Source: a virus (taxonomy: Duplodnaviria; Caudoviricetes). Taken from it: DNA of 37,131 bases. The stretch's first letter is position 1. Each line of letters opens with the position of its first letter. Where the stretch lies: positions 1-37,131 of the IMG/VR virus record IMGVR_UViG_3300005805_005005. One strand, 5' to 3'. This document shows positions 37,131 through 37,131 of this stretch, one piece after another. A model generated the notes under the pieces. That model did not search any database. It saw only the letters and a program-made list of their open reading frames with translations, and was not told the DNA's origin. The position numbers and the translations under genes are program-made.

Positions 37131-37131
37131 C

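Noticed and set aside
1-37131. Stop-codon reassignment, tRNA genes, CRISPR arrays, integrase or transposase
   Set aside because: Genes are full length in the standard code and end in TAA, TGA and TAG. Intergenic gaps are too short for tRNAs or arrays, and no mobile-element motifs were seen.

Overview
This is an AT-rich, gene-dense fragment of a large, probably jumbo, T4-like contractile-tailed phage genome read in the standard genetic code. Almost all genes lie on the + strand. From left to right the window holds: (1) an accessory block with a 5'-truncated FkbM-like methyltransferase and a membrane protein, then a sigma70-type promoter leading UvdE, a micro membrane ORF, a GT2 glycosyltransferase, a CBS-less IMPDH/GMPR-like enzyme, a secreted lysozyme-like protein and a gp55-like late sigma factor; (2) a long baseplate/virion module with a gp5-like spike carrying a C-terminal GH19 domain, gp25- and gp6-like wedge proteins, a 1493-aa wedge/LamG protein and tail-collar-like paralogues; (3) a resolvase, a primase and a single-chain Mre11-Rad50 (SbcD-SbcC) fusion; (4) a 1123-aa multi-module protein (ParB-like, degenerate HNH-like, ligase-fold nucleotidyltransferase, HxGH nucleotidyltransferase); (5) the large terminase, probable internal head proteins, a ferritin/Dps-like protein and the 3' end of one convergent minus-strand gene. 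The most interesting signals are these. A putative late-promoter box TA(T/C)TTATA sits in the loop of inverted repeats with unrelated stems, and its TATTTATA form is the reverse complement of the T4 late box. The 1123-aa protein looks like a protease-processed enzyme polyprotein. Several virion proteins are strongly enriched in [S/T]-[G/A/S]-S tripeptides, a possible glycosylation sequon. The IMPDH-like enzyme has Cys in place of the ribose-binding Asp. All family assignments come from motif recognition by eye, and no database searches were run.
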